Source: Chiloscyllium plagiosum
Lineage: Eukaryota
Reading direction: 5' to 3'
Length of the DNA stretch: 50,000 nucleotides
Assembly (NCBI RefSeq): GCF_004010195.1
Contig: NW_025214720.1
Location: 1-50,000 of the forward strand
The notes beneath the pieces are model-generated. The model made no database searches, was not told where the DNA came from, and was given only the letters and a program-made list of their open reading frames with translations. A program made the position numbers and the translations under genes. Positions 1-13,010 of this stretch are shown piece after piece (position 1 is the first letter of the stretch; every line of letters begins with the position of its first letter).

Positions 1-984
1 GTGGATGACTAGAAAAACAATTCAACTGTCCAGTCGTCGTTAGTGGGGAGATGGGGGTTGGGGTTGGGGTTGTGTGGTGGTAAAGGAATTTGAACTAGTC
101 GAGGGATATGGAACTAGGTGCACAAGTCGGAACTTGTATGGATGATTTTGCCAAGAAATTTGAACGTAGATGAGGAAGAGGACGAGCCAAAAATGGATGG
201 CAATTGCCGTGTCTTTCTTAGACATGGCCGTTATTTCTAGATTTATGTCAAGAAATCTAACTAAAGAAAGTGCTATTTATACTGTGCCTTCCATTGTACT
301 TCTAATTAGGCTGATTAAATATTGTTTAAGCATGTTGAGCTAGATTTTACCAGCCTTCTGGAAACAAGTAAAGAAATAGGACGGCTTACAAAATGGCAGC
401 AGAAACCCAATGTCTTCCCGTTGCCATGGGATATTCTGAATGATCAGAGACAGATCAGATGACTGGCTGATAAACAATCACTTTCCACAACCCTGTTAAT
501 ATTTTCAGGGTTGTGGTTACGGCTGAGAGGTTCAGGCAATGGTTTAGAAATCCAATAGGGTTTCCCTGTGTTCTGCCATCCGCACTTCTCCAATCCTAGC
601 TTGAACCAAGTGCCTGTGTGTGAAGAGTTAACATGGGACACACAAAATACCATTGGTCTTTTACTGTGATCAGACTGCACCACCAACCCAATGGCTAAAC
701 GAATACACCCTCCAGGAATACACCCTCTCAAAGACTGTCTGGAGTGTGGGGAGTGGTGGAGGCAGCTTTATGGTTACTCGATGGTCAATGGTGGGAGTCT
801 GTCTGTGAAAACCTGTGACTATCCTGCACCACTAGAGGGTTTGATCCTCTCATTACTGGCACGTGTCTAGCTGGCGTTGAAGAGCCAAATCAAGAAAAGA
901 TGATGCACCCTTTGACAGCACATCAACCTGAGCAGCAGTCATGTCTCCACATGACGCTGCCAATGTTGGCAAGGCTGCTGACAC

Positions 985-2140
985 AGAACATAGAACTGTA
1001 CAGCACAGGAATGGACCCTTTGGCCCAGGATGTTATGCTGAACATGAAGCCAAATTAAACTAATCCCTTCTGTCTGCCCTTGGTCCACATCCCTCAATTC
1101 CTTGCATATTCATGTGCTTATCTATAACTCCCTTAAATGACCCTATCGTATCTGCCTTTACCACCACCCCTGGCAGTGCATTCCAGACTCCTACCACTCT
1201 CTGTGTAAAAAACTTGCCCCTTACATCTCCTTTGAAATTTCCCCCGCTCACCTTAAATGCATCCCTTCTAATAATAGACATTTAAACTCTGGGAAAAATA
1301 TTCTGACCATTAACCCTATCTATGCATCTTATCATGTTACAGACTTCTATCAAGTCTCCCCTCAGCCTCCACTGCTCCAGAGGAAACAACCCGAGGGTTT
1401 CTAGCCTCTCCTTATAGCTCAGACCCTTGAATCCAGGCAGTGTTCTGGTAAACTTCTTCCATACCCTCTCCAAAGCCTCCACATCCTTCCTGTAATGTGA
1501 CAACCAGAATTGAACACAATACCCTTAAGTGCAGCTTAACCAAAGTCTTATAAAGCTGCAACATTACATCATGACTCTTGTACTCAATTTCCCAATCAAT
1601 AAAGGCAAGCATACCCATGCCTTCTTTACCACTCTATCTACCTGTGTTGCCACTTTCAGGGAGCTATGGACTCAAACCCTAAGATCCCTCTGTACATCAA
1701 TGCTGTTCAGGGTCCTGGGCAAGCCAAATCTGAATTCACGTGGTCAAGTCACCATGGATCCTTCACAACTTAATCATCTGGATGAGCCTACCATGAGGGA
1801 CCTTGTCTAAAGCGTTATTAAAATACAGGTAGACAATGTCCACTGCTCTACCTTCATTGATCACCTTTGTCACGACCTTGAAAAATTCAATTGAGTTGGT
1901 AAGACATGACCTGCCCTGCACAAAGCCATGCTGACTGTCCCTAATTAGGCCATGCTTTTCCAGATGCACGTAAAGCCTATCCCTAAGAATTCTCTCCAAT
2001 AGCCTCCCAACAACTGATGTGAGACTCACCGGTCTATAGTTTCCCAGTTCCCTATCACCCTTCTTGAACAGAGGAACAACATTTGCTACTCGCCAGTCCT
2101 CCAGAACCTCTCCAGTAGCTAGCAAGGATACAAACATCAT
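985..2140 (-). mobile_element. CR1/HER1-type LINE, 5'-truncated, degenerate RT and 3' end
   Basis: ORF fragments EDWRVANVVPLFKKG, NYRPVSLTSVVG, YRKDVEALERV, FFTQRVVGVWNALP; internal deletion near 1720. Confidence 0.9.
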
Positions 2141-2861
2141 GATTAGACCAGCAGCAGGGAGAGGCTGATATCCTGACTTGTAATGGCTTACCAGTCAGTG
2201 CCAGTCAAACCATCCTCTTTCCCCCTCCATCCTGGGATCCCAACATCTGACTGTGCAGGTTTGGGATTCACATTTTCATCTCATGTGATGCAGAACTGGG
2301 ATTTAGAAAAATTCAGCCTAGAGTCTCTATCCCCCTGATGTAGAAAACAGGACAGATAACCTGCACTGGGAGAACCACCTTGCTGTTCAAAAAGGGTAAT
2401 GGGGTGTTAATCAGATCAACATCTCAAACAGCAGCCATAATTGGCAGCATTATCCGAGAGAGTGCTGCATTGACAGCAACAGCTGAGAAAGTGTCCATGA
2501 CCACTCGCTATAAGGCTTGGACTCACAACCTTCTGACTATGATAGACACCCAGTGATCCATATTTGGCCTCACAAAAGTTAAAGGAAAGGAGATTCGTTT
2601 TTCAAAAACTGACATTTATGAGAGAGTCAACCTTAAGAAATTCAGTGCTCAGCCCTTTGACCCTTGCAAAAGAATGAAAACTATTTCAGAAGGCCATATA
2701 CAACACAGAGGAAGATCAAACATTCCTTGGTGGACAAATGCAAGCTCTATGAAACAAATTTATAGTTAGTCCCACTCTCCTGCATTTTCCCATTCACTCT
2801 GCACAATTTCCCTGTTTGTATGGGCTCAAATCTCTTGTTACCAGTAATATACTCAGTGCAT

Positions 2862-5512
2862 TTAGAGTCATGGAGATGACTTTGTTCCAACTCGTCCATG
2901 CCAATGAGATGACCTAAATTAATCTAGTCCCATTTGCCAGCATTTGGCCCCAATCTGCCAAAACCCTTCCTATTTATATGTCCATCCAGACGGTTTTTAA
3001 ATCTTATAATTGAAACAGCCTCGAACACCTCCTCTGGCAGTTCATTCCATAAACCCACCACCTGCTGTGTGAAAAACTTGTCCCTTAGGTCCCTTTTAAA
3101 TATTTCCTCTCTCACCATAAACTTACTCCCTCTAGTTTTGGACTCCCCTACCCTGTGGAAAAGACTTTGACTATTCACCCTCTCCATGCCCCTCATGATT
3201 TTGCAAACTTCTGTATAGTCACCCCTCAGCTTCTGACGGTCCAGGTAAAATAGCCTGCGCCTATTCAGCCTCTCCCTATAGCTCAATCCCTCCAACCCTG
3301 GCAACATCCTTGGTAAATCTTTACTGAACCCTTTCAAGTTCACAACATCTTTCCTATAGCAGGGAGACAAGTATTCCATAAGTGACCGAACCAATGGCCT
3401 GTTCAGCCGCAACATGACCTCCCAACCCCTGTACCCAATGTACTGACCAATAAATGCAAGCATACCAAATGCCTTCTTCACTACCCTGTCTATCTGCAAC
3501 TCCACTTTCAAGGAACTATGAAGATGCACTCCAAGGTCTCCTTGTTCGGCAACACTCCCCAGGTCATTACCATTAAGTACATAAGTCCGAAAATGTAGCA
3601 CCTCCACATTTATCTAAATTAAAGTCCATCTGCCACTTCTCGGCCCATCTGATTGAAGTCCCTTTGTACTCTGAGGTGACCTTCTTCACTGTCCACTACA
3701 CCACCAATTTTGGTATCATCTGCAAACTTCCTAACCATACCTCCTATGTTCATATCCATATTATTTATACGAATAACAAAAAGCAGGCACCAATCCTTGT
3801 GGCACACCGCTAGTCACAGACCTCCTGTCTGAAAAGCAACCTTCCATTCTCTGCCTCCTATCTTTGAGCCAGTTTTGTATCCAAATGGCTAGTTCTCCCC
3901 ATATTCTATGTGACCTAACCTTGATAACCAGTTGACAATATGGAACTTTGTCACATGCCTTACTAAGTCCACATAGATCACATCCACCACTCTGCCTTCA
4001 TTAATCCTCTTTGTTATTTCTTCAAAAAACTCAAAGCATTGGTTTAAGGTGAGAGGGAAAAGATTTAAGAGGGATCTAAGGGACAACTTTTTCCTGGATT
4101 GAGCTGCCAGAGGAAGTGGTGGAGGCTGGTACAATTACAACATTTAAAAGGCACGTGGATAGATACGTGAACAGGAAAGGTTTAGGAGGATATGGGGCAA
4201 ACTTATTTAGGATATCTGGTTGGCATGGACAAATTGGACTGAAAGATCTATTTCTGTGCTGTATATCTCTATGACTCTAATTTAGTGAGACACAATTTCC
4301 CATACACAAAGACATGTTGACTATCCCAAATCAGTCCTTGCCTTTCCAAATACATGTAAATCCTGTTCTTCAGAATCCCCTCCAACAACTTACTCACCAC
4401 TGATGTCAGGCTCACTGGCTTCTCCTTTCTTAAATAATTGCAACACATTAGCCAGCCTCCAGTCTTCCAGCACCACGCACGTTGTTATCAATGATACAAA
4501 TATCTAAGCAAAGGGCCCAGCAACCACTTCCCTAGCTTCCCACACAGTTCTAGGGTACACCTGACCTGGTCATAGGGATTTATCCACTTTATCCATTTTA
4601 AGACAAGCAGCAACTCCTCCTCTGAATTATGGACATTTTTCAAGATGTTACTATTTATTTCCCCAAGTTGTCTAGTTTCCATATCCTTCTCCACTGTAAA
4701 CACTGATGCAAAATATTCATTTAACATCTCACCTATCCCCTGCGGTTTCACACATAGGCAGTCTTGCTGATCTTTAAGGGGCTCTATTCTCTCCCCTGTT
4801 ACTCTTTTGTCCTTAGTGTATTTGTAGTATCCCTTTGGATTCTCCTTGAACCTATTTGGCAAAACTATCTTGCGTCCCCTTTTTGCCCTCCTGATTTCCC
4901 TCTCAATTATATTCCTACTGTCCTTATACTCCTCTCAGGATTCACTCAATCCCTGCTGTCTATACCTGATATATGTTTCCTTCTTTTTCTTGATCAGAAC
5001 CTCAATTTCTCTGGTCATTCAGCATTCCTTAAATCTATGAGCCTTGTCCTTCACTCTAACAGGAACATACTGTCTCATTATTTCATTTTAGAAGGCTTCC
5101 TACTTTCCAGCCATCCCTTTACCTGTGAATATCTGCCCCAATCAATATTTGAAAGTTCTTGCCGAATATCATCAAAATTGACCTTCCTCCAATTTAAAGC
5201 TTTAACTTTTAGATCTGGTCTATCCTTTTCAGTAAGTATTTTAGAAATAATAGAATTATGATCATTTGTCCCAAGTGCTCCCCCACTGACACCTCAGTCA
5301 CTGCCTTATTCCCCAAGAGAAGGTCAAGTTTTGCTCCTTTTCTAGTAGGTACATCCACATACTGAATAAGAAAATGTTCTTGCACACATTTCACAAGTTC
5401 CTCTCCATCCGATTTCTTAACACTATGGCAGCACCAGTCTATGTTTAAAAAGTTATAATCCCTTACCATTACCACCCTATTATTCTTAAAGATAACTGAG
5501 ATCTCCTTACAT
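2862..5512 (-). mobile_element. CR1/HER1-type LINE, degenerate endonuclease C-terminus through RT and 3' end
   Basis: Fragments QYVDVPTRKGAKLDLLLGN, KENPKGYYKY, KFADDTKIGGVVDSEE, FFTQQVVGLWNELP, with frameshifts. Confidence 0.92.
4036..4278 (+). mobile_element. CR1 3'-end fragment nested in antisense orientation inside the 2862-5512 CR1
   Basis: GGTTTAAGGTGAGAGGGAAAAGATTTAAG...GAGCTGCCAGAGGAAGTGGTGGAGGCTGG...CTCTATGACTCT interrupts the host RT sequence. Confidence 0.85.
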
Positions 5513-5969
5513 TAATACTGCTAGGAATAATTATTAACTAACCCTGCCAAATAAACTGAAAATTTCTACTGCTTTATCACAGCTGGTGCTTTTGTTTCAC
5601 TTTCTATCCACTGATGCTCACAAAAGATTGTAAACAGGACACAGTCAATAAATTTTGCAAGTATTTTCACATTCATAAATGATGTATCTGATAATCTCAG
5701 CAAAATATTAAAAATTTAGAGAAATTTGAATCAACTGATAAGAACATTGGGTTCATGGTAAATTACGACAATGACAAAACTTTGCAAGCATGAAGTGAAG
5801 TTGGAATTTAAAATGAGAAATAAAATAATGTTGAAAAAAAAATTCACTAGCTTGTTTGGTGCCATGTTTTATATTATTGATTCTCTAATGGTGTCATATT
5901 TGGCCCAACTCAAATAAAAGAAATTGAGTTCAAATCCCACTCCAGTAACAGACAGACAAAGTTAAGACT

Positions 5970-6057
5970 GATGTGGAGGTGCCGGTGTTGGACTGGGGTG
6001 TACAAAGTTAAAAATCACACAACACCAGGTTATAATCCAACAGGTTTATTTGGAAGT
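5970..6057 (-). mobile_element. Penelope-like terminal fragment (family B) within an older DeuSINE-like relic
   Basis: AAAGTTAAAAATCACACAACACCAGGTTATAATCCAACAGGTTTATTTGGAAG; the same sequence recurs at 15106-15290 and 28344-28396. Confidence 0.6.
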
Positions 6058-6291
6058 AACATTGTAGTGTAGTGCTGCAGTTCTATTTTAAAGAGCATGG
6101 GTGTTCACTCCAGTGTCCATGCCAACATTTTTCTGTTAACTCACATCACTAAAACCATACTTTCTGGTCAATTTTACAATGCAATGTATGTGCTAGATGT
6201 GCTTAAATTGACAGTATTCCCAGCCTGACCCTAGATGTTAACCTTGCTTTGAATATCCAACTTCTGTTCTTGGGGTGAGAGTGATGGTAAA

Positions 6292-6625
6292 AGGAGAAAG
6301 TGAGGTCTGCAGATGCTGGAGATCAAAGTTGAAACTTTATTGCTGGAACAGCACAGCAGGTCAGGCAGCATCCAGGGAACAGGAGATTCGACGTTTCGGG
6401 CACAGGCCCTTCTTCAGGAATGAGCAGAGAGTGTTCAGCAGGAGAAGATAAAAGGTAGGGAGGAGGGACTTGGAGGAGGGGCGTTGGAAATGTGATAGGT
6501 GGAAAGAGGTCAAGGTGAGGGTGATAGGTCGGAGTAGTGGAGTGGGAGGGGGAGTTGAAATGCTGTGCTACAAGGTGGTTGGGTTGGTTCGTCCGGGTGG
6601 CCCAGAGGTGCTCTCTGGCCCAGAG
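6292..6625 (-). mobile_element. Penelope-like element 3' portion (family A): GIY-YIG C-terminal remnant plus pseudo-LTR
   Basis: Translates REHLWATRTNQPNHLVAQHFNSPSHS, typical of the end of the PLE ORF; followed by a hammerhead motif and tail CCAGCATCTGCAGACCTCACTTTCTCC. Confidence 0.8.
6386..6421 (-). ncRNA. Minimal type I hammerhead ribozyme in the Penelope pLTR
   Basis: Minus strand reads AUUC-CUGAAGA-A-GGGC-CUGU-GCCC-GAAAC-GUC-GAAU: intact CUGANGA/GAAA core, stem II, GUC cleavage triplet, stem I AUUC/GAAU. Confidence 0.75.
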
Positions 6626-8369
6626 ATGGTAAAAGGGCCATCCTTTGGATAAGTATTTGTGGACAAGCTCGCAATCAACAGTCACAAGTTACTTTTCTGG
6701 CTTTTAAAAGCTTTTGGTGTTCCACACATATCATAATAGGGAGAAAATTTTGACATTCTTCAAGTGAATTACCTCCACGAGACTTTCATACGTGGCTTTT
6801 ACTTTAAGTGTCTGCAGCCATCAGTTGTTTTACCTTCTCAAACGCTATGTAAGTTTGCTTGGGGTGCTTACAAAGCTTCAGGACCAAATCAAAACCATTG
6901 AGGATAGTCACTTTATAATCTATGAAAGTCCCCTCAGAAAACTTGGCATGAACCTCACAGGCTTTGGCTGGTATCATGTTCCGCATTAGCAGCATCCAGT
7001 TTTCCACAGGCCATTTCATTTGATTTGCCATTTTACCAAATGAAATGAAAAATGTCTCTCAGTCCCTTTCTTCAAATATTGAGATTGTTAAAGCACAAGT
7101 AAACAGCTTGGCTCTTGGCCTCAATTTGGGGGCAGATCTTAATTTGAGCTGATTTATTGTCACATTTACTGAGAAACTCCTTGACAGTACCTTCTCTGGG
7201 TTCATTAGCACAAGGCAGTTTGTGGGAGTTTGCTGAAATTAATTGGCTTCCGTGTTTCCTACATTACATTCGTCTGTGCACTTCAAAAAGTACTTCATTG
7301 GCAATAAAATACTTAAGGATCCTCCTATGTCATGAAATGCAAGTCCTTCTTTCTTCATGTAACAGATCTGAGTCCCACATATACAGGAAAGCTTCTAGAA
7401 TGGCAAATCTTTGATGTTTAGGTTAGTAAAATCATGAAGCAATCAATCTGCAATGGACTACATGCAAATGGGAGTCAGTTTGCCAGTAACCTTCAGTCTA
7501 GTTATATTGAGTTTAGTTGAATCTGTGACATTTAATCATTTCAGCAAACAAGGTCAACTCCTGAGTATAGTAGTTTGTGTCATAATTAGACCTTGCTTGC
7601 TTTGGTTTAAAAGAGCACTCATTTATAGCATTTCCTCCCCCTTCAAGATCAGACAAGGTAGATTCATGCAGGGATTTTACAGAAAAGCCACAAAAAAAAA
7701 ACAGAAATTGTTTCTTTTCCTCTACAATCCTGTACTAAATACTGATCATACTCTGTGTGGAAAAGGATTGCCTAATACAAGTCTACTGTACAAATCAGAT
7801 CCCAAAATGAAAGTCTAAAAGTATAATTCAAACCTATTTAAACATGGATTACCTTGTCTTACCTCACAGTTTAACAAGAAAGAATATATATTTTGCATGA
7901 GCTCAGGATGCCTTGAGGTGCAATAATAATGTGCTTTTGAAGTACAGTCATTGTTGCAGTGATGGAAATACAACTGCCAATTTATATGACAGCTAGCAAG
8001 CTCCCACAGCCAACGATATAACTGGTAAAATGACCAGTGCCATGGTAATGTTCCTCCCTACAAATAAGGAGGTCCAGATTTAAGTACCACCTGCTTCAGA
8101 AGTGTGTCATAACATCTCTGAACAGGGCGATTAAAAAATATCTGTAATGTTTGTTGAAAGGGACATAATAGTGAATGGAGCAGAGAGAACACCCTTACTC
8201 TTCTTTGAAACAGCACATGGAATTTTTTACTTTGACCTGAGAAGGCAAATGGGCTCTCAGTTTAAAATTTCACCAAAGAGACAGCACTTCCAATTCTGTA
8301 ACACGCCATCCTTCCAGTTGTACTGGATGTCAGACAAGGTTACGCTCTTATATTGGTTTGCAGTTAAAA

Positions 8370-8750
8370 AATGTCTTGATTTTGAAATTCACATCCTTGT
8401 ATCAAATCCTTCCATGGATTCACCCTTCCCTTTCTCTGTAAATTGCTCCAGCCCCACAAACACTCTGATATATCTGTGCTCGCTTGAATGCCAGCCTCTT
8501 CAGCATCATTGATTTTAATCACCTCAGTATTGGTGTCTGTGCACTCAATTGCATGGGCCCTAAACTCCAGAATGCTCTCCTTACACCTTTCTACCTCACT
8601 TTCTTCCTTCAAAGGTTCTTCTTAATTAACATAACCATTGATCCAGCTTTTAGTCATCTGACTTAACATTATCTTGTATGACATGTTGTCATACCTTTTT
8701 TTCGCAATGCTCTTGTGAAAGGTCTTGCTAACGTTATGGTGCAATGTGAA
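8370..8750 (+). mobile_element. Old L2-like LINE 3' fragment (similar pieces at ~9710-9920 and ~21500-21840)
   Basis: Degenerate TTTAAAATTC...AAATCCTTCCATGG...CCCTATCTCTGTAACCTCCT motif shared between the copies. Confidence 0.5.
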
Positions 8751-10339
8751 CTTAAGTGAGTGTTTTTGTTTAACAAATGCAGATACCAAACCTGTTTGCT
8801 TCAATTGTGTGGGCACATCCACAGCAAATAGCAGATGAAAGAATTTGCATGTGATATTCCATGGCACAATTTCAAGGACAGAATGTTAACTGTTTAAACA
8901 TGTATGAAGCCTGTTAACAATAGGAAAGGGAAAGAAAGATTACATGACCCAGAGACAGAACCAGCGAAGTATAGAGGAAGAGTGAACTGCTTTAACCCTA
9001 GTTGTTAACCAGCTGTACATTATGTTGTACATTATTTTTACATAACCACATCTAAAATGTCAAAAAGTAGGAAGTTATACAGTCATGCTACTCTAAAATC
9101 TGATTAAAAAGAAAAAGGACGTATTTTAATCTTTGAAGTTGCATATTAGTGTTAAGTCAATTGCGTTTAACAAAAGCTGTTTCTTTAACGCTGAATTATA
9201 ATCAACCAAACAGATTTTTCACAGAAAATGTCAAGAAAATTATCAAATTATTTGACTTTCTAAATCACTAAACATTTAATTCAGCATACAAAAGATTTAA
9301 ACATATTCTTTCACAGCTGAAACATTGAGTAGAACAATAAAGCTAACTCAATTCAGTAACCCATTTAATGCAAATTCTGAAACCAAGTTACTGTTCTGTT
9401 AATGGATGACAACGTTGACAATTGTATCATTGCTTATAGAAGTAGCAAAATAAAATAATTATTATTCAGGAAGATATCCTTGTGTTTAGTTGATCCTTTG
9501 AAGTTTTTAGATCTGAAATAAATTCTGTACCTTGTTCCTTCTCGTACTGAACAGCAACTTAGTCGCTGTTAATTGAATCGGCGACAACATACTTCACCAC
9601 TTCTTAACTAACACATATACTACTTTATTACTTACAAGTTACCATCTTGTTTCTGTATGCAACAAAATATTCTATTCATGATCACCTCTATATTTGTCTA
9701 CCAGTTGGGCAGTGCTTTGATTTTAAAATTCATGTCTTTATTTCTAAATCCTTCCATAGGCTGTGCACCTCCCTATCTCAGTAACCTCCTTTGACCCTAC
9801 ATCTATTCCGGATCTCTGTGTCCCTCCAATTTTGGTCTTTTGCACATCCCTGATTTTCTATTGCTCCCATAGTTTCAGCTGTTTGGTCCTAAACCACTGT
9901 AATTCTTTCTGGAAATCTCTCCACATTTTAATGTTAATTTAAAATCTGAAATAGGTACATTTTTGTTAAGCATAGATATTAAGGCATATGGGCCAAAGGC
10001 AAGTATATAAAGTTAGATCACAGATCAGCTTTGATCTAATTGAATGAAAGAAAGGACTTAAAGAGCTGAGTGATTAACTCTTGTTTCTATGTTCCTATAT
10101 CTCTTTTATGAAGCTTCTTCAAACATATGTTTTTGGCTAGGTTTTTGATCACATGCCCGATGATACTAATCATGTGATTCAGCATCAAACTCTTCCTTTG
10201 ACTGGTCTCCCGCGAAGTACATGGGAAATATTGCTATGTTAATATAAAATAAATGCAATTTATTTTGAATGGTGCACAAAAGAACAAAATGAGCTGATTC
10301 AGAAAGCATTTTCCTTAATCTCAGCTCATACTAAACACT

Positions 10340-10720
10340 TCACTAACAGTTAAGCAGTTTCAGAAGTACAGTCAACTATTGTACTATTGGAAACATGGCA
10401 AAGACATTATACATATTAAGATCCTACATATAGCAAGGACATAATTGACCATATAATTTGATTTTTGTGATATTAATTAAGATATAAACATTAGCCAGGT
10501 AAGCTCCATTCTTCATTTTTCTTTGAAATAAATGCCTTGGGTTTCACATCCACTTGAGAGGGCCTCAGCTTAATGCTTCGTCTGGACCATGTCACTTCAG
10601 GCAGTGTAGCACTTCCTTCACACAGCATTGAAGTGTCAGCATGGATTATGTGTTTAAGTCTCTGGAATCAGACTTGAACTTCAAGTGTGCTGGCAAAGAA
10701 AGAACAGCATTACCCACTGA
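10340..10720 (-). mobile_element. Ancient DeuSINE (SacSINE1-like) relic; related copies at ~7890-8340(-), ~26440-26750(-), ~41540-41760(-)
   Basis: Reverse complement resembles the Deu core GCTGACACTTCAATGC..TGAAGGAAGTGCTACACTG...CAGACGAAGCATTAAGCTGAGG. Confidence 0.5.
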
Positions 10721-11789
10721 GACAAGACTGACATTATAGCATAGCAGAGTGTTAGTTGGATCAATACATCTTTTTCTGTCAGACATTACCTCTGTTGCTG
10801 AAGTTGGGCAGAGATAGTGTATTTGCCCTTGCCAATCTATCAGTCTGTAAATATAGCTCAAAGTCTGATGAACAAATTCAATGAAACATGGTACACAGAT
10901 TGGATACAGCTCAACAAAGAACTGTTTAGTTTTGGTAAATAAGCAAATCCAGATCCAAATCCTGAATGTGTTTTCTCCCACTAACTTTGGGAGATAGGGC
11001 AAATTGACATTTTTTTTAAAGGATGCTTTTGATTGTTTTAGAATGTTGTGGATTGTCTCAGACAGATTTGTGGTGGATTTCACAGCCTTCAAAATGAAAG
11101 CTGAATTTTCAAAGCAGGTTGTTGATTAAGGATTAGCCTGAAGCCTCTCAGTGAGATAGAAGTTCTTAATACAAAAGATTTCTTGTTTCAGGACTATAGT
11201 TACAGAATGATAAGGAAAAGCTTCAAGAAAGAGTTTTGTAATTATTAAAGCATTAACTGCCTTGCAGAGACATGCACTATACTGTGTGCCATCTTCAGCT
11301 GTTTTAATGTGATTCAAGAATGAAGACATTATATGGTTGGATTATGCTTTAAAATGTCAAAGTCTAATAAGTAGAACGACAAAACTGGATCTGGTTAAAA
11401 TTTAAGTAATACATCTTTAATACCAATAACAGAAAATATATAATGAAATTTGTTTTGTTTTCATATGTAATTCATTTTACTTCATATCATTTTTTCTAAA
11501 CTTTGATCTTTCTGCCCTTCAATATCCCATTTACTTTGTTGGCAGCTTTCTTGATTATACTATATTGATCTTGTTAGGCTGGGAATATGGCTGATAGATC
11601 TGACTGTCTAGCATTTTGAAAAAAAGTAACAAAATACAAGGACAGAAATTTTCCATTTGCAATTAAAACGCACTAAGTAGCAGTGCAGCCCATTTCCCTT
11701 TACAATTTTTTTTCTTTTTTCTGTTTTAAATGTTTTTCAATTAGTATAGATAGCATAGATAACATCAAATTCATCATTCCTTCATTTAA

Positions 11790-12310
11790 AAGCTTCAGCC
11801 ATGAGCTTCTTCTAAGCGGCAGTTGCTTCCGGCAGTCCAAAGTGGCGGTCTTTCCTAGCTTGTTGGTCTCGGCCTGCGGAGTGATCTCTTATGGAGCAGT
11901 TTACCCCAATTTGAGATCTTGACAGTGGTTCAGCTCAATCTTCATCTTTGGCAAGTGCTTCTGGCTCTATGTTCTGACATCGTTTTATCCATGAGTGGTG
12001 GTCTTACCCCAACCCAATGATCTGAAGGCTTAGCATTTATTCTAAGTGGCGTTCTTAGCGCTTTCGGCCCAATGGAGTGGCATTTCGGCATTTCAGTTTT
12101 TGTCCCATCATGTCGTTCTCATCGTGGATGTTGTTCTCATTCCAGCTGTGTCTATCATCTTCAAGACCAGGAGCCTTTAAATGGAATTTAATGAACTTTG
12201 TCTTATATTTACTTTTTGTGACTTATGATTTTACCATGACTTCTGACTTAGAACACTTTTATTGTATTTTTCTTATAAAAAACATGTGACAATAAATTCT
12301 AAATTCTAAA
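11790..12310 (+). mobile_element. Probable non-autonomous retroelement with a LINE-type 3' tail
   Basis: CpG-containing 5' part; ends GTGACAATAAATTCTAAATTCTAAA, resembling the tail of the Rex-like element at ~25710. Confidence 0.35.
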
Positions 12311-13010
12311 ATGTTCTGTCTGGAGCTCAATCTGCCATGGTTTACAGTGACTTTGCTCATGCAATTTTTTTCTTTTCATGTCTTTAATCATGCAGCAGGG
12401 CTCTTTGGCACCCTTCCCATGGAATCATATAGCAGTAATGGCAGAGAAACTCGCTGTTGCCAGGGACCTCTGTCAATTGTACCACTGGTGCCATGTTTAA
12501 AGTCCAGCTATAGCACGGCAAGCCAAGAGCTGGCCCTCACCCTGTAAGACTGAGCCCAAAGGAAAGGGAAACCCGCTCCATGCTTCACAGACAGAAACCT
12601 GGAGGGCCTGGTGGATGGGGTGATAAAGAGAAAGGAAGTTCATTTTCTGAGGTCAGTCCGAGCAGTGACAGCAGCAACAACAGAGTGAAGGACAAGAAAG
12701 GTGACATACGAGTGACTGCTCAGGAACCAGATTTGCAGACTAATTGTGTCTAAAGTACTAAGATCAGTCATGATCTTGTTAAATGGAGGAGTGCCCTTGA
12801 AGGGCTGAATTGCCTACTCCTGCTCTTAACTCCTATGTTTCTATTTACTTACTTTTTGTCGTTATAATCAGCTAGGAATAGAGAGAAGCAGTGAGACAAC
12901 TGAGTTCGGTGATGAGAAGGTAAGATTGTGTGATCAGTTCCTAGATTATTATCTGTAGTTAATAGTGTTGATTTAGTCAGTTAGGTTTGAATTAGTCAGT
13001 TACGTTTGAA

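Noticed and set aside
485..516. 11-bp perfect inverted repeat CCACAACCCTG/CAGGGTTGTGG
   Set aside because: Isolated short hairpin with no supporting context; plausible by chance or as a TE remnant.
2924..3607. 227-aa ORF, the longest in the window, as a host gene
   Set aside because: Degenerate CR1 ORF2 C-terminus with neighbouring frameshifts.
6804..7031. 75-aa minus ORF (MANQMKWPVENW...) that looks protein-like
   Set aside because: No recognisable family, no partner exons; similarity to the 24.8-kb ORF is limited to ~10 nt.
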